DNA of 64,000 nucleotides. It comes from Planctomycetota bacterium (GTDB taxonomy: Bacteria > Planctomycetota > UBA11346). Positions 48,210-56,996 of the stretch are shown one piece after another. The position numbers were made by a program, and so were the translations under genes. The stretch's first letter is position 1; each line of letters begins with the position of its first letter. The stretch lies in the NCBI GenBank assembly GCA_022841245.1, contig JALHRW010000001.1:15732-79731 (forward strand). The letters are read 5' to 3'. A model generated the notes under the pieces. That model was not told where the DNA came from. It worked only from the letters and a program-made list of their open reading frames with translations, and ran no database searches.

Positions 48210-51200
48210 ATGATCGCACGCCTGCTGACCGCCATCGTCCTCTGCACCGGTCTGGAGGCTGTCGACTTCGCCTGGTGCGAAGGCGAGTCGCCCGCCGCCA
48301 AGCCGGTCTTGCCCGAGGGGCTGAGCGCGGCGGCGGTGAAATACGGCGATGCTTGGGGCCTCAGCCGCATCATGTCGGATGGCAGGATCCTGCATGTGAA
48401 CGTCGGCGATGCCGAGGTCGCCAGACTGCTGCCCGATGGTCTGACCTTCGGCTACGATCTGACGCTGCGCACGGCCGGCCGGCAGGAGGTGTGGGCGCGC
48501 ATCGGCTACGAGCGGGTCCGCTCGCCGCTGCGTTGGCGCGTCGCCGGCGGCGCCTGGCAAGACTGCGGCAACGATGCCCCGACCCAGGATGTGCAGCAGA
48601 TCCAGACCTGGAATGAATTGGCCTGGGCCCGGCTCGGCGAGATCGAAGCCAAGACCGGCACCCTGCGGATCGAGATCCAGTGGATCCGCCCCGAGCGCAA
48701 GGACGGTGACAAGGTCAAGGTCGAGCGCATCCTCGGCATGCTCGACGCCCTGTGCGTCGCCGCCCCCGGCACGTTCCGCCCCGACGGACGTTGGAAGCCG
48801 GGCGAGGACCATCGCGACGAGGCGGCCCGCGCGGCGGAAGCCCAGCTGTTCAAGCTGCCCGAACCAGGGCCAGCCGGCGAACGCAGCGCCGTCGCCCTGA
48901 CCGGGGCCTGGCAGATGGCGCACTGGGAGGAGTCCTTCGCCGCCGCTCCGGGGCGCAACCCGGAAGGCCGCCTGGAGGGTGTCGCGGCCCTGCCGTCCTT
49001 CGCTGGCCTCCGCTGGTACGCCCTGCAGGTGCCGGGTGATCGCAACCAGCAGCGTCCCGAGGCTTCCTTCCAGCATCGTCTGATCGCGCGCTGCCGCGTC
49101 GAGGTGCCGAAGGCGCATGCCGGGCGCTCGTTCCATCTCGCCATCGAGCGCTTCAACACCCTTGTCACGGTGTTCGTCAACGGCGTCGCCTGCGGCTGGT
49201 CGAAGGACCACAGCACCGCCTGGCAGGTCGACGTCAGCGCGGGGGTGAAACCGGGCCAGATCAACGAGATCGCGATGGTGATCAAGGACCGCTACTACTC
49301 GCTCGACGGCTCCAAGGATGCGAAGCACGGCTGGCTGGGCTTCCGCAACCTGCCCAACGGCTTCCTCACCGACAACATGGGCGTCTGCGCCCAGCACGAC
49401 CTGCCGGTCGTCTCCGATCCCACGGTCGGCATCACCGAACCGGCGACCCTGGTCGCCACCGGGCCGGCCTATGCAGCCGACCTCTTCGTGAAGACCTCGG
49501 TCAAGAACCGGCGCATCGCCGTCGAGACGACGCTCGCCAATCCGGGTGCGGCGCGCACCGTCAGCGTCGCGTTGTCCGCCGTGCCATGGTCGCGGGATGG
49601 TGCGGCGGCGAAGCCGGCCAAGCAGCTGCAGGCAGTCCAGGTCGCCCTGGCGGCCGGTGAAACGAAGGTGGTCGAGATCGCCGAGGCCTGGGCCGATGCG
49701 AAACTGTGGTGGCCGGATGACGTCAACCTCTACCAGCTCGTCGCGACGGTCACCGAGGGGGGCAAGGCGATCGACGTCAGCCGCACCCGCTTCGGCTTCC
49801 GCGAGTGGTCGTGGGACAGCCATGTGTTCCGGCTCAACGGGGTGAAGTGGCAGCTGTGGGGCGACTGCGACCACAACACCGACGCCCAGGCGATGACGGC
49901 GCAGGCCGGACGCAGCGGGCAGAACACCGCCCGCCTGTGGACCAACGGCGGTCTGAAGGGCATGACCCGCGACCAGACCCTGGCCTGGTTCGACGAGACC
50001 GGCATGGTCGTGCGCACGTCGGGCATCTTCGATGGCCAGCTGGCGAACTTCGGCATCGGCCTGGTCGAGGAGGTGATGGTCGACGGCAAGAAGGTGCGCC
50101 GGGCCAAGGCCAGCCTGATGACCAACTGGAAGTCGCAGCTCGCGGCCTGGGTGAAGGCCGAGCGCAACCACCCCTCGATCGCCATCTGGTCGGTCGAGAA
50201 CGAAGTCGTCTTCGTCAACGCCTGCAACCTGGGCATGGCCGACCTGTTCGAGCCGCAGGCCAGCGATGCGATCCGCAACGTGGTGATGAAGCTCGACCCG
50301 ACGCGGCCCGCCATGGTCGACGGCGGCAACGCGCTCAAGGATGAGAGCCTGCCGGTCAACGGCGCGCACTACACCGAGATGTACAACCTGCATTGGCGCG
50401 ACCTGCCCGACGCCAGCTACAGCCGGGACCACTGGTACACGCCGGAGGCCAAGAGCCGCAACATGTGGCGCTTCGTGCCGGACCGGCCGATCTTCAAGGG
50501 CGAGGTGTTCTTCGCCAGCGGCTACGGCACCGAGCAGTTCGCCACCATCGGCGGCGAGCGCTGCTTCATCGGCATTGGCGAGACCGGCGACGCGATGCGC
50601 CGGCTCGGCCAGATCTTCAACGAGGGCTGGCGCTGGGGCGAGGTCGCCGCCTGGCAGCACTGGCTGGGTGGCGGCTTCGGCCGCTACTGGAATGGCTGGC
50701 AGCCGGTCGCGGTGCTGTGCCGCCAGTGGGATACCACCTTCGCCCCCGGGCAGACCGTCGAGCGCACCCTGCGGGTGTTCAACAACACCTCGAAGGCCGA
50801 CCCGGTCACCGCGACGTGGGAACTGCAACTCGACGGCAAACGGATCGGCGGCGAGAGCCGGGAGTTCGCGCTGGCGCCGGGCAGCGAGCAGGAATGGACG
50901 GTGCGTCTCACCCTGCCCAAGGTCCCGGCCGCAGTGCGCGGCTCGTTCGTGCTCGGCGCCACGCGCGGTGGCGCCGCAATCTACCGCGACGAGCGCGAGA
51001 TCCGCGTCCTCGTCCCGGCGCTGGTGGCGAAACCCGGGCTGCCGGCGGCGGAGCTGGTGGTGTGCGATCCCAAGGGGACGGTCACGGCCCATCTGCAGGC
51101 GCGTGGCATCCCCTTCACCGCGACGACGTCGATCGACGCCATCCCGGCCGGGACCAAGGTCCTGGTCCTCGGTCCCGACAGCATCCCGATCGAGCGGGTG

Positions 51201-53426
51201 AGCGATCCCCTGTGGTACGATCGCGCCGTGCGCGGACTGAAGGTGGTGGTGCTCGACCAGCGCTATCCCCTGCGCTACCGCGCCCTGCCCGCCGACCTCG
51301 AGCCGCTCGACGAGGAGCCCACGGTGTGGGCGCGCATGCAGGCCAAGGCGGCTGGCGCCACGCCCGAGCTGCGCGGCCGCTACGGCTTCATCGAGGACGT
51401 CGCGCATCCGATCTTCGTCGGCCTGGTACAGGACGACTTCTTCACCTGGGGCGCCGACCACGTCGTCTACCGCAATCCCTACCGCAAGGGCAGCAGCGGC
51501 TACCGCTCGCTGTTCCAGTGCGAAGAGGGCCTGGCCGGCACCGCCCTGGCCGAGTGCCAGACCGGCGACGGCCTGATGCTGTTGTGCCAGCTGGCGATCG
51601 GCGAAAAGCTGGCCACCTGCGCCGTGGCCCAGCAGGTCTTCGGCCAGATGCTCAACCACGCCGCGGCTTACGCCCCGGTGCGCCGTCAGGTCAGCGTCGC
51701 CGCCGGCCCCGCCATCGCCGGCGTGATCGCCGCCTCCGGGGTGCAGCAGCGGACCGTCGCCGATCCGCTAGCCGCCATCGCCGCAGACGGCATCGCCGTG
51801 GTCGAGGCCAGCCCGGCCAACCTCGGCCTCCTGGCCGGCAAGGCCGACGGCGTGCGGGCCTGGTGCGCCAAGGGCAACTGGCTGATGCTCTGGGGCGTCA
51901 CCCCCGAAGGCCTCGCCGACTTCAACCGCCTGGTCAGCGTCGACCACGTCCTGCGTCCGTTCTCGACCGAGCGCGTGCTGATGGCGGTGCCGGCCGACGC
52001 GCTGACCGCCGGCCTGACCCTGCGCGACGTGGTGATGGACACCGGCCAGAACATGTACCCGTGGATGGCGCTGAAGCGGCCCGACGCCGACCAGTTCAGT
52101 TGGATCGTCGACCACACCGACATCGCCCCGTTCTGCGCCTTCCCGTCGCCGACCGCGATGGGCAAGGCAAGCGACAGCGATCCCGGCGCCGACCACTGGC
52201 CGCGCAACATGGTCAACGGCTTCACCAGCGCCGACAACTGGTGCTTCTGTTACACCATCATCATGGACAAGGGGCATAAGCTGAAGTGGACGCTGACCCT
52301 GCCCAAGGAGGAGGAGATCACCGCGCTGAAGATCCAGCCCAGCCGCCTGTATCACCCGATCACGCGTATGAACCTCTACTTCGACGAGGACCCGGTCCCA
52401 GTTCCTGCCGAACTGCGCATCGATCCCGGGGTGCAGGAGGTGGCCATCGCGCCGCGCAAGGCGCGCAAGGTCACGCTCGAAGTAGCAACGTGGGCCGAGC
52501 GCGGCGACGCCAACATCGTGGTGATCGACAACCTCTGGCTGACAGTGAAGCGCCCCGACGCCTACCTCAGGCGGGTGAAGCCGCTGCTGAATATCGGCGG
52601 CCTAGTGCGCTATGACGAAGGCAGGGGAGGCATCGTGCTGAACCAGCTCAAACCGGTCGAACGCGAGGTGAACCCGGCCAATGCGATCAAGAAGCAGAGC
52701 ATCGCCAACACCCTGCTCGCCAACCTCGGGGCGGTTTCCGCCGGCCGCAGGACGGTGGTGGTCAGCAGCCAGCTGAAGTACGACCCGCTCGTGCTGCCGG
52801 TCGAGCAGTGCACCGCCTACGTCGGCCGCGGCAAGCAGCCGGCCTGGTGGGACGGGCCGACCGATCTCGCCGCCATGCCGGCTGGCGAGCAGGTCTTCGC
52901 CGGGGTGCGCTTCCTGCTGCCGCGGTTTACCACCTCGCCGGTGCCGACCGCCTACATGCTGCGCGGCCGCGGCGGCACCGTGCGGACCGACCGCATCGAG
53001 CAACTGCCGGTGGGACGCAAGGCCGATGCCCTGTTCTTCCTGCACACCCACAACGACCGTGGCGATCTGGGCCGGCATCTGCAGTGGATGAAGGAGCGCA
53101 GCCGCGCCGGCCTGGATCCAGGCGAGATCCCGGTCGTGCTGACTTACGCCGTGCGCTATGCCGACGGCCAGACGGCGGAGGTCCCGGTGCGCTGGGGCCG
53201 TGACATCAGCAACTGGCTGTCGCGCGAGCCCACCGGCCGGATCAACGCCGCTGTCGGTTGGGCCGGGACGGCCGCCGCGGACGGGCAGCAACCGGTCATC
53301 TACGTCATGCAGTGGACCAACCCGCGTCCCGACGCGGTGATCGCCGCCATCGACCTGGTCGCCGGCGAAGAGCGATGGGGCTCCCCGGCCGTCTTCGCCA
53401 TCACCGCGGCAAGCCAGGTGAAGTGA
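48210..53426 (+). CDS. large secreted glycoside hydrolase, GH2-like (clan GH-A)
   Basis: VFVNG, AKLWWPDDVNLY, RFGFRE, FRLNG, RNHPSIAIWSVENE (acid/base), DPTRP, PIFKGE (candidate nucleophile). Confidence 0.85.
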   Translation: MIARLLTAIVLCTGLEAVDFAWCEGESPAAKPVLPEGLSAAAVKYGDAWGLSRIMSDGRILHVNVGDAEVARLLPDGLTFGYDLTLRTAGRQEVWARIGYERVRSPLRWRVAGGAWQDCGNDAPTQDVQQIQTWNELAWARLGEIEAKTGTLRIEIQWIRPERKDGDKVKVERILGMLDALCVAAPGTFRPDGRWKPGEDHRDEAARAAEAQLFKLPEPGPAGERSAVALTGAWQMAHWEESFAAAPGRNPEGRLEGVAALPSFAGLRWYALQVPGDRNQQRPEASFQHRLIARCRVEVPKAHAGRSFHLAIERFNTLVTVFVNGVACGWSKDHSTAWQVDVSAGVKPGQINEIAMVIKDRYYSLDGSKDAKHGWLGFRNLPNGFLTDNMGVCAQHDLPVVSDPTVGITEPATLVATGPAYAADLFVKTSVKNRRIAVETTLANPGAARTVSVALSAVPWSRDGAAAKPAKQLQAVQVALAAGETKVVEIAEAWADAKLWWPDDVNLYQLVATVTEGGKAIDVSRTRFGFREWSWDSHVFRLNGVKWQLWGDCDHNTDAQAMTAQAGRSGQNTARLWTNGGLKGMTRDQTLAWFDETGMVVRTSGIFDGQLANFGIGLVEEVMVDGKKVRRAKASLMTNWKSQLAAWVKAERNHPSIAIWSVENEVVFVNACNLGMADLFEPQASDAIRNVVMKLDPTRPAMVDGGNALKDESLPVNGAHYTEMYNLHWRDLPDASYSRDHWYTPEAKSRNMWRFVPDRPIFKGEVFFASGYGTEQFATIGGERCFIGIGETGDAMRRLGQIFNEGWRWGEVAAWQHWLGGGFGRYWNGWQPVAVLCRQWDTTFAPGQTVERTLRVFNNTSKADPVTATWELQLDGKRIGGESREFALAPGSEQEWTVRLTLPKVPAAVRGSFVLGATRGGAAIYRDEREIRVLVPALVAKPGLPAAELVVCDPKGTVTAHLQARGIPFTATTSIDAIPAGTKVLVLGPDSIPIERVSDPLWYDRAVRGLKVVVLDQRYPLRYRALPADLEPLDEEPTVWARMQAKAAGATPELRGRYGFIEDVAHPIFVGLVQDDFFTWGADHVVYRNPYRKGSSGYRSLFQCEEGLAGTALAECQTGDGLMLLCQLAIGEKLATCAVAQQVFGQMLNHAAAYAPVRRQVSVAAGPAIAGVIAASGVQQRTVADPLAAIAADGIAVVEASPANLGLLAGKADGVRAWCAKGNWLMLWGVTPEGLADFNRLVSVDHVLRPFSTERVLMAVPADALTAGLTLRDVVMDTGQNMYPWMALKRPDADQFSWIVDHTDIAPFCAFPSPTAMGKASDSDPGADHWPRNMVNGFTSADNWCFCYTIIMDKGHKLKWTLTLPKEEEITALKIQPSRLYHPITRMNLYFDEDPVPVPAELRIDPGVQEVAIAPRKARKVTLEVATWAERGDANIVVIDNLWLTVKRPDAYLRRVKPLLNIGGLVRYDEGRGGIVLNQLKPVEREVNPANAIKKQSIANTLLANLGAVSAGRRTVVVSSQLKYDPLVLPVEQCTAYVGRGKQPAWWDGPTDLAAMPAGEQVFAGVRFLLPRFTTSPVPTAYMLRGRGGTVRTDRIEQLPVGRKADALFFLHTHNDRGDLGRHLQWMKERSRAGLDPGEIPVVLTYAVRYADGQTAEVPVRWGRDISNWLSREPTGRINAAVGWAGTAAADGQQPVIYVMQWTNPRPDAVIAAIDLVAGEERWGSPAVFAITAASQVK

Positions 53427-53465
53427 CATGATTCTGACATCCACCCCCCAAACGAGGAAGAAGAC

Positions 53466-53864
53466 ATGAGAACGTGCATCATCGCCATGCTTGCGCTGCT
53501 GGTCACGCAGACGCTCCACGCCGCCGAATTCACCGTTGCGTCCCTGAGCGCGGACGTGGAAGCGACTGCCGCTGAGTTGCAGGCCGTGAACTCGAAGGCC
53601 GGGGCTGAGGCCTTCGTCAAGGCACACATGCTGCCGGCGACGGTCGCAAAGCTCAAGGCCGCGGACCAGCTGGATCCGATTATGGAGATATTCAGCGGAG
53701 AAAATGCGATCAAGGCGCAACAGGTCGCATCGCTGAAGCAACTCGATTTCAAACGTGTCGCCATCGATGCCGCGCGGCAGATGATGACGGTCCCCTCGCA
53801 GGCTGCGGCTGATGAGAAGACCGATTTCGTCCTGGTCGACAATCATTGGTACATCGCGAACTGA
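53466..53864 (+). CDS. small secreted hypothetical protein
   Basis: GAGGAAG upstream, signal peptide, paralog of 54660-55052. Confidence 0.8.
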   Translation: MRTCIIAMLALLVTQTLHAAEFTVASLSADVEATAAELQAVNSKAGAEAFVKAHMLPATVAKLKAADQLDPIMEIFSGENAIKAQQVASLKQLDFKRVAIDAARQMMTVPSQAAADEKTDFVLVDNHWYIAN

Positions 53865-53897
53865 CCGGGAACGACAATGCACAGCCGTTTAGTCCTC

Positions 53898-53937
53898 CTG
53901 CTCCGCGGTGAACGCCACTGCTCCGCGGTGAACGCCA
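53898..53937. repeat. 20-bp tandem duplication
   Basis: ctgctccgcggtgaacgcca twice, exact. Confidence 0.9.
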
Positions 53938-54017
53938 CCATCGACATGGTCGCCGGCGAGGAGAGATGGGGCTCCCCGGCCGTCTTCGCGATCACCGCGG
54001 CGAGCCAGATGAAGTGA
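53924..54017 (+). repeat. 94-bp direct copy of the 3' end of the GH2-like gene (53333-53426)
   Basis: 8 mismatches by manual alignment. Both copies end at the stop codon (AAGTGA). Confidence 0.92.
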
Positions 54018-54108
54018 TGAGACTAAATCGCAATGGCTTTTGTGATTCACCAAAGAGTTAGCGCGAGGCGATGGTAGATGATCCAATATCACCCAAGGAG
54101 TCTGATCA

Positions 54109-54618
54109 ATGAACCTAATGTCTATTTTTCTATTCATTATTTTTTCTGCAGGTGGCCTCTTTTCTGAGGAACATCCAAGCAAGCTATCCGTCACGCTTGT
54201 TGAAACATTCATTGGAGGCAACGCAGAGGCGCTTCAAAATATTGCGAAAGTACATTACTATAAGCCAGCAAAGGCCGAGGAATTCGCCGCCAATATGGCA
54301 CGTGGACTGATGGACATCCCACCGCAATCACGACTTTTGTTGGGGGCTTCCATGGGGAAGTATAAATATGTAGGATGCGTTGTTGACGGAGGAGCATATA
54401 GAAGGGATTTTTATATCGTATACCATGAATTCGCGCCGCTTTCGATGATGGTGATGACGTATTTCAATGGAGTGGAATACCGTCTGTGTGACGTGGCTAT
54501 TGGCGATGCGGCAGGGAAGTTCATTACGGATAATTTTGTTTCGGTGATTGATGCCGCCGGTCGTAGGGACAAAGCGGTTCAATCTGGCAAAGATGTTCGT
54601 GCTCGTGCGGAGCCGTAG
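54109..54618 (+). CDS. hypothetical secreted protein, AT-rich
   Basis: AAGGAG upstream, hydrophobic N-terminus, visibly lower GC than flanks. Confidence 0.7.
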   Translation: MNLMSIFLFIIFSAGGLFSEEHPSKLSVTLVETFIGGNAEALQNIAKVHYYKPAKAEEFAANMARGLMDIPPQSRLLLGASMGKYKYVGCVVDGGAYRRDFYIVYHEFAPLSMMVMTYFNGVEYRLCDVAIGDAAGKFITDNFVSVIDAAGRRDKAVQSGKDVRARAEP

Positions 54619-54659
54619 CCATGGCCGGAACAGTATCCCGCCTTCCCAAGGAATATCCG

Positions 54660-55052
54660 ATGTGGCCATGTAGCTTAGCCATTCTATTGGTTACGCAGAT
54701 GCTTCATGCCGCAGAATTCACCCTAGTGTCCTTGAGCGCTGAGGTGGATACTATCGTCGCTGAGGTGCAGGCTGTGAGTTCGAAGGCCGAAGCGGAGGAA
54801 TTCATCAATGCGCACATGCATCCGGCAATGATCAAAAGGCTCCGGGATGGTGGTTACCTCGACGCACTTGCGTCAGTCCTCGTCGGGAAAAACGAGATCA
54901 AATCGGCACAAATCCAGTCATTGAAGAACCTCGACTTCAAGCGAGTCGCCATCAATGCTGAGTTGCAGACAATGTCGGTTCCATTGCAGGTCATGCCTGG
55001 CGAGAATGCCGATTTTGTTCTGATCGACACGAAATGGTTTATAGTGAACTGA
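54660..55052 (+). CDS. small secreted hypothetical protein, paralog of 53466-53864
   Basis: Shared LLVTQ.LHAAEFT..SLSA.V, AHM.PA, SLK.LDFKRVAI, DFVL.D..W.I.N. Confidence 0.8.
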   Translation: MWPCSLAILLVTQMLHAAEFTLVSLSAEVDTIVAEVQAVSSKAEAEEFINAHMHPAMIKRLRDGGYLDALASVLVGKNEIKSAQIQSLKNLDFKRVAINAELQTMSVPLQVMPGENADFVLIDTKWFIVN

Positions 55053-55053
55053 G

Positions 55054-56685
55054 ATGCGCTACCAACTCGTCCTCTTGCTCCTCATCCATATTGCGCTGGT
55101 CGCCGCAGAGCCGGTCGCCTGGGCGGTCGTCACCACCACCGACCACGCTGGCGCCACCAGCGTCGCACTCATCGGGTTGAGCCAGGCCGGCTCCTCGGCA
55201 CCAGAGATGAAAGAGTTGCAGACGGCGGCGGCCGAGGCCTACGGCACGGCGAAGCAAACGTGGGATCAACGGCGCAAGGCCTACGAGGCGGACAAGGCCA
55301 ATGGCGGTAGGTCCTTCCGCAAGGTCGAGGCCGAGCCGTCCAAGCCAGTGGTCAAGATCTCGGGCGCGGTGCAGAAGGACAGGGCCAAGGCGGAGGAGCT
55401 GCTCGCCAGGCTGGAGCTGGAGCTGCTGGCGAAGAGCGATCCGGGCGCCGCACGGCGCAAACGGGTGATGACGGGGCAGCTGCTGCAGTACTTCACCATC
55501 GGCATTCAGGCGAGCCCGGAGTGGATCATCGAGACGCGGGAGAAGCATGGCGACCGCTGGGCCTGCCTGGCCGACTACAACTCGAACGTGGTGGCGACGC
55601 CGAACGACGTCGAGGGCAAGGACACATGGTTCTTCAAGTACGGCCATCTGCGCAAGAAGTTCGAAGGCTGCCGCACCGCCAAGGTGATCTGCTGGAACAC
55701 CTGGTACGGTCTGGCCCAGGCTCCGCCGGCCAGCTACAAGCCGACCCCGGCGGCGGCGACACCGGTGAACGCCAGGACCCAGAGCACGATGATCGCCTAC
55801 TGGAGCATGGTGAAGAAGTTCCTCGAGATGGCCAAGGAGTTCGAGGACGTCGATTGCGTCATGCAGGTCGAGCCCGACGAGTGGGGGCACCTGCTGATCC
55901 CTGCTGGTTTCGATGTCGACAAGGAAGGGACGATCCTGGTCGGTGGCTCCGGCATGCCCGAGCTCAAGGGCATCCCCGACACGGTGAAGGGCTTCGCCCT
56001 TGCCTTCCGCATCCTGCGCAACCGCTACGCCCCGCATGTCCTGCTGGCGGCCAACCCCAGCGCCTGGGATCGCAACCGCACGATGTCTGGCGAGAAGTGG
56101 GGCGAATATCTCAACGCCGCCGAGGTGAACCAGAAGAACGGCTGGGATCTTTTCATCACACAGCTGCACGACTGGGACCGTGGCCAGGCGCGCAATGGCT
56201 CGGCCGCCAAATACCCACCCTACACCGAGGCCGACACCGTCACCATGCACGGTTCGGTCGACAACTGGTGCGCATGGATCAAGCCGATCCACGACGCCAC
56301 CGGGATGTGGTGCGTGGCTTGGCAGCTGTCGCAGGGCAATAGCACCTACGCGACCTGCGACGGCAGCGACGGTCACGCCATGGATGGCGTGACCGAACTG
56401 CTGCTTGAGAACTATCCGGCCAACCGCGTGGCCGCACGGATGGCGGCGGCCGGTTGCTGCATGTGGATCTTTTCGCTCGGTGGCGACGGGGCCTGCGTCC
56501 TCGACGCCAAGAAGGATGGCATCACCAATCCCACGCCGCATGCCGGCAACAAGGGCAGGCAGAGCCTTTATCCCGATGATGACGGTGGCTACCTGCGCCT
56601 GATGGGCGGGGAATACTTCAAGAACCCGGTGCCGATCCTGGGCAAGCCGCTCAAGCAGAAGGGCAAGGCTGGTCCGCCGCCGTGA
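55054..56685 (+). CDS. secreted hypothetical protein, possibly a glycoside hydrolase-like TIM barrel
   Basis: Signal peptide, MQVEPDEWG, LRNRYAPHVLLA, DDDGGYLR, Trp-rich. Family not certain. Confidence 0.6.
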   Translation: MRYQLVLLLLIHIALVAAEPVAWAVVTTTDHAGATSVALIGLSQAGSSAPEMKELQTAAAEAYGTAKQTWDQRRKAYEADKANGGRSFRKVEAEPSKPVVKISGAVQKDRAKAEELLARLELELLAKSDPGAARRKRVMTGQLLQYFTIGIQASPEWIIETREKHGDRWACLADYNSNVVATPNDVEGKDTWFFKYGHLRKKFEGCRTAKVICWNTWYGLAQAPPASYKPTPAAATPVNARTQSTMIAYWSMVKKFLEMAKEFEDVDCVMQVEPDEWGHLLIPAGFDVDKEGTILVGGSGMPELKGIPDTVKGFALAFRILRNRYAPHVLLAANPSAWDRNRTMSGEKWGEYLNAAEVNQKNGWDLFITQLHDWDRGQARNGSAAKYPPYTEADTVTMHGSVDNWCAWIKPIHDATGMWCVAWQLSQGNSTYATCDGSDGHAMDGVTELLLENYPANRVAARMAAAGCCMWIFSLGGDGACVLDAKKDGITNPTPHAGNKGRQSLYPDDDGGYLRLMGGEYFKNPVPILGKPLKQKGKAGPPP

Positions 56686-56689
56686 GCGG

Positions 56690-56906
56690 GGTTCTGCGTA
56701 CCCGGTTGTAGAAGACCTCGATGTACTGGAAGATGGCTTGCTTGGCTTCAGCCCTCGGGCGGAACCGGCGCCGATAGACGAATGTGACCTTCAGCCTGGC
56801 CCAGAAACTCTCGCTGCAGGCGTTGGCGCCCGAGCAAGCGCCGCCGCTGATAGTCTTGACTGGCGTACTGACTGCAGCGATCGCTGGGGGATCCAGGCTC
56901 ATAGGA
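56690..56906 (-). mobile_element. IS3-family transposase remnant
   Basis: Minus-strand fragments SDRCSQYAS and NACSESFWARLK...AKQAIFQYIEVFYNRVR, from the IS3 integrase core, with internal deletions. Confidence 0.8.
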
Positions 56907-56996
56907 GATCTGCAGCTGCGCTGTCGAGGTGATCCGAGATCATTTGTAGGGTCCTACACAGGCCCCCGGTGTATGTGAGTGCAGCCATACTCGGCG

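Noticed and set aside
53333-54017. A complete diversity-generating retroelement
   Set aside because: No reverse transcriptase or Avd-like gene in the window, and 3 of 8 differences are not at template adenines. Kept only as a weak alternative in findings.
53427-55053. Integron cassette array
   Set aside because: No integrase, and I could not identify attC-like imperfect palindromes between the small genes.
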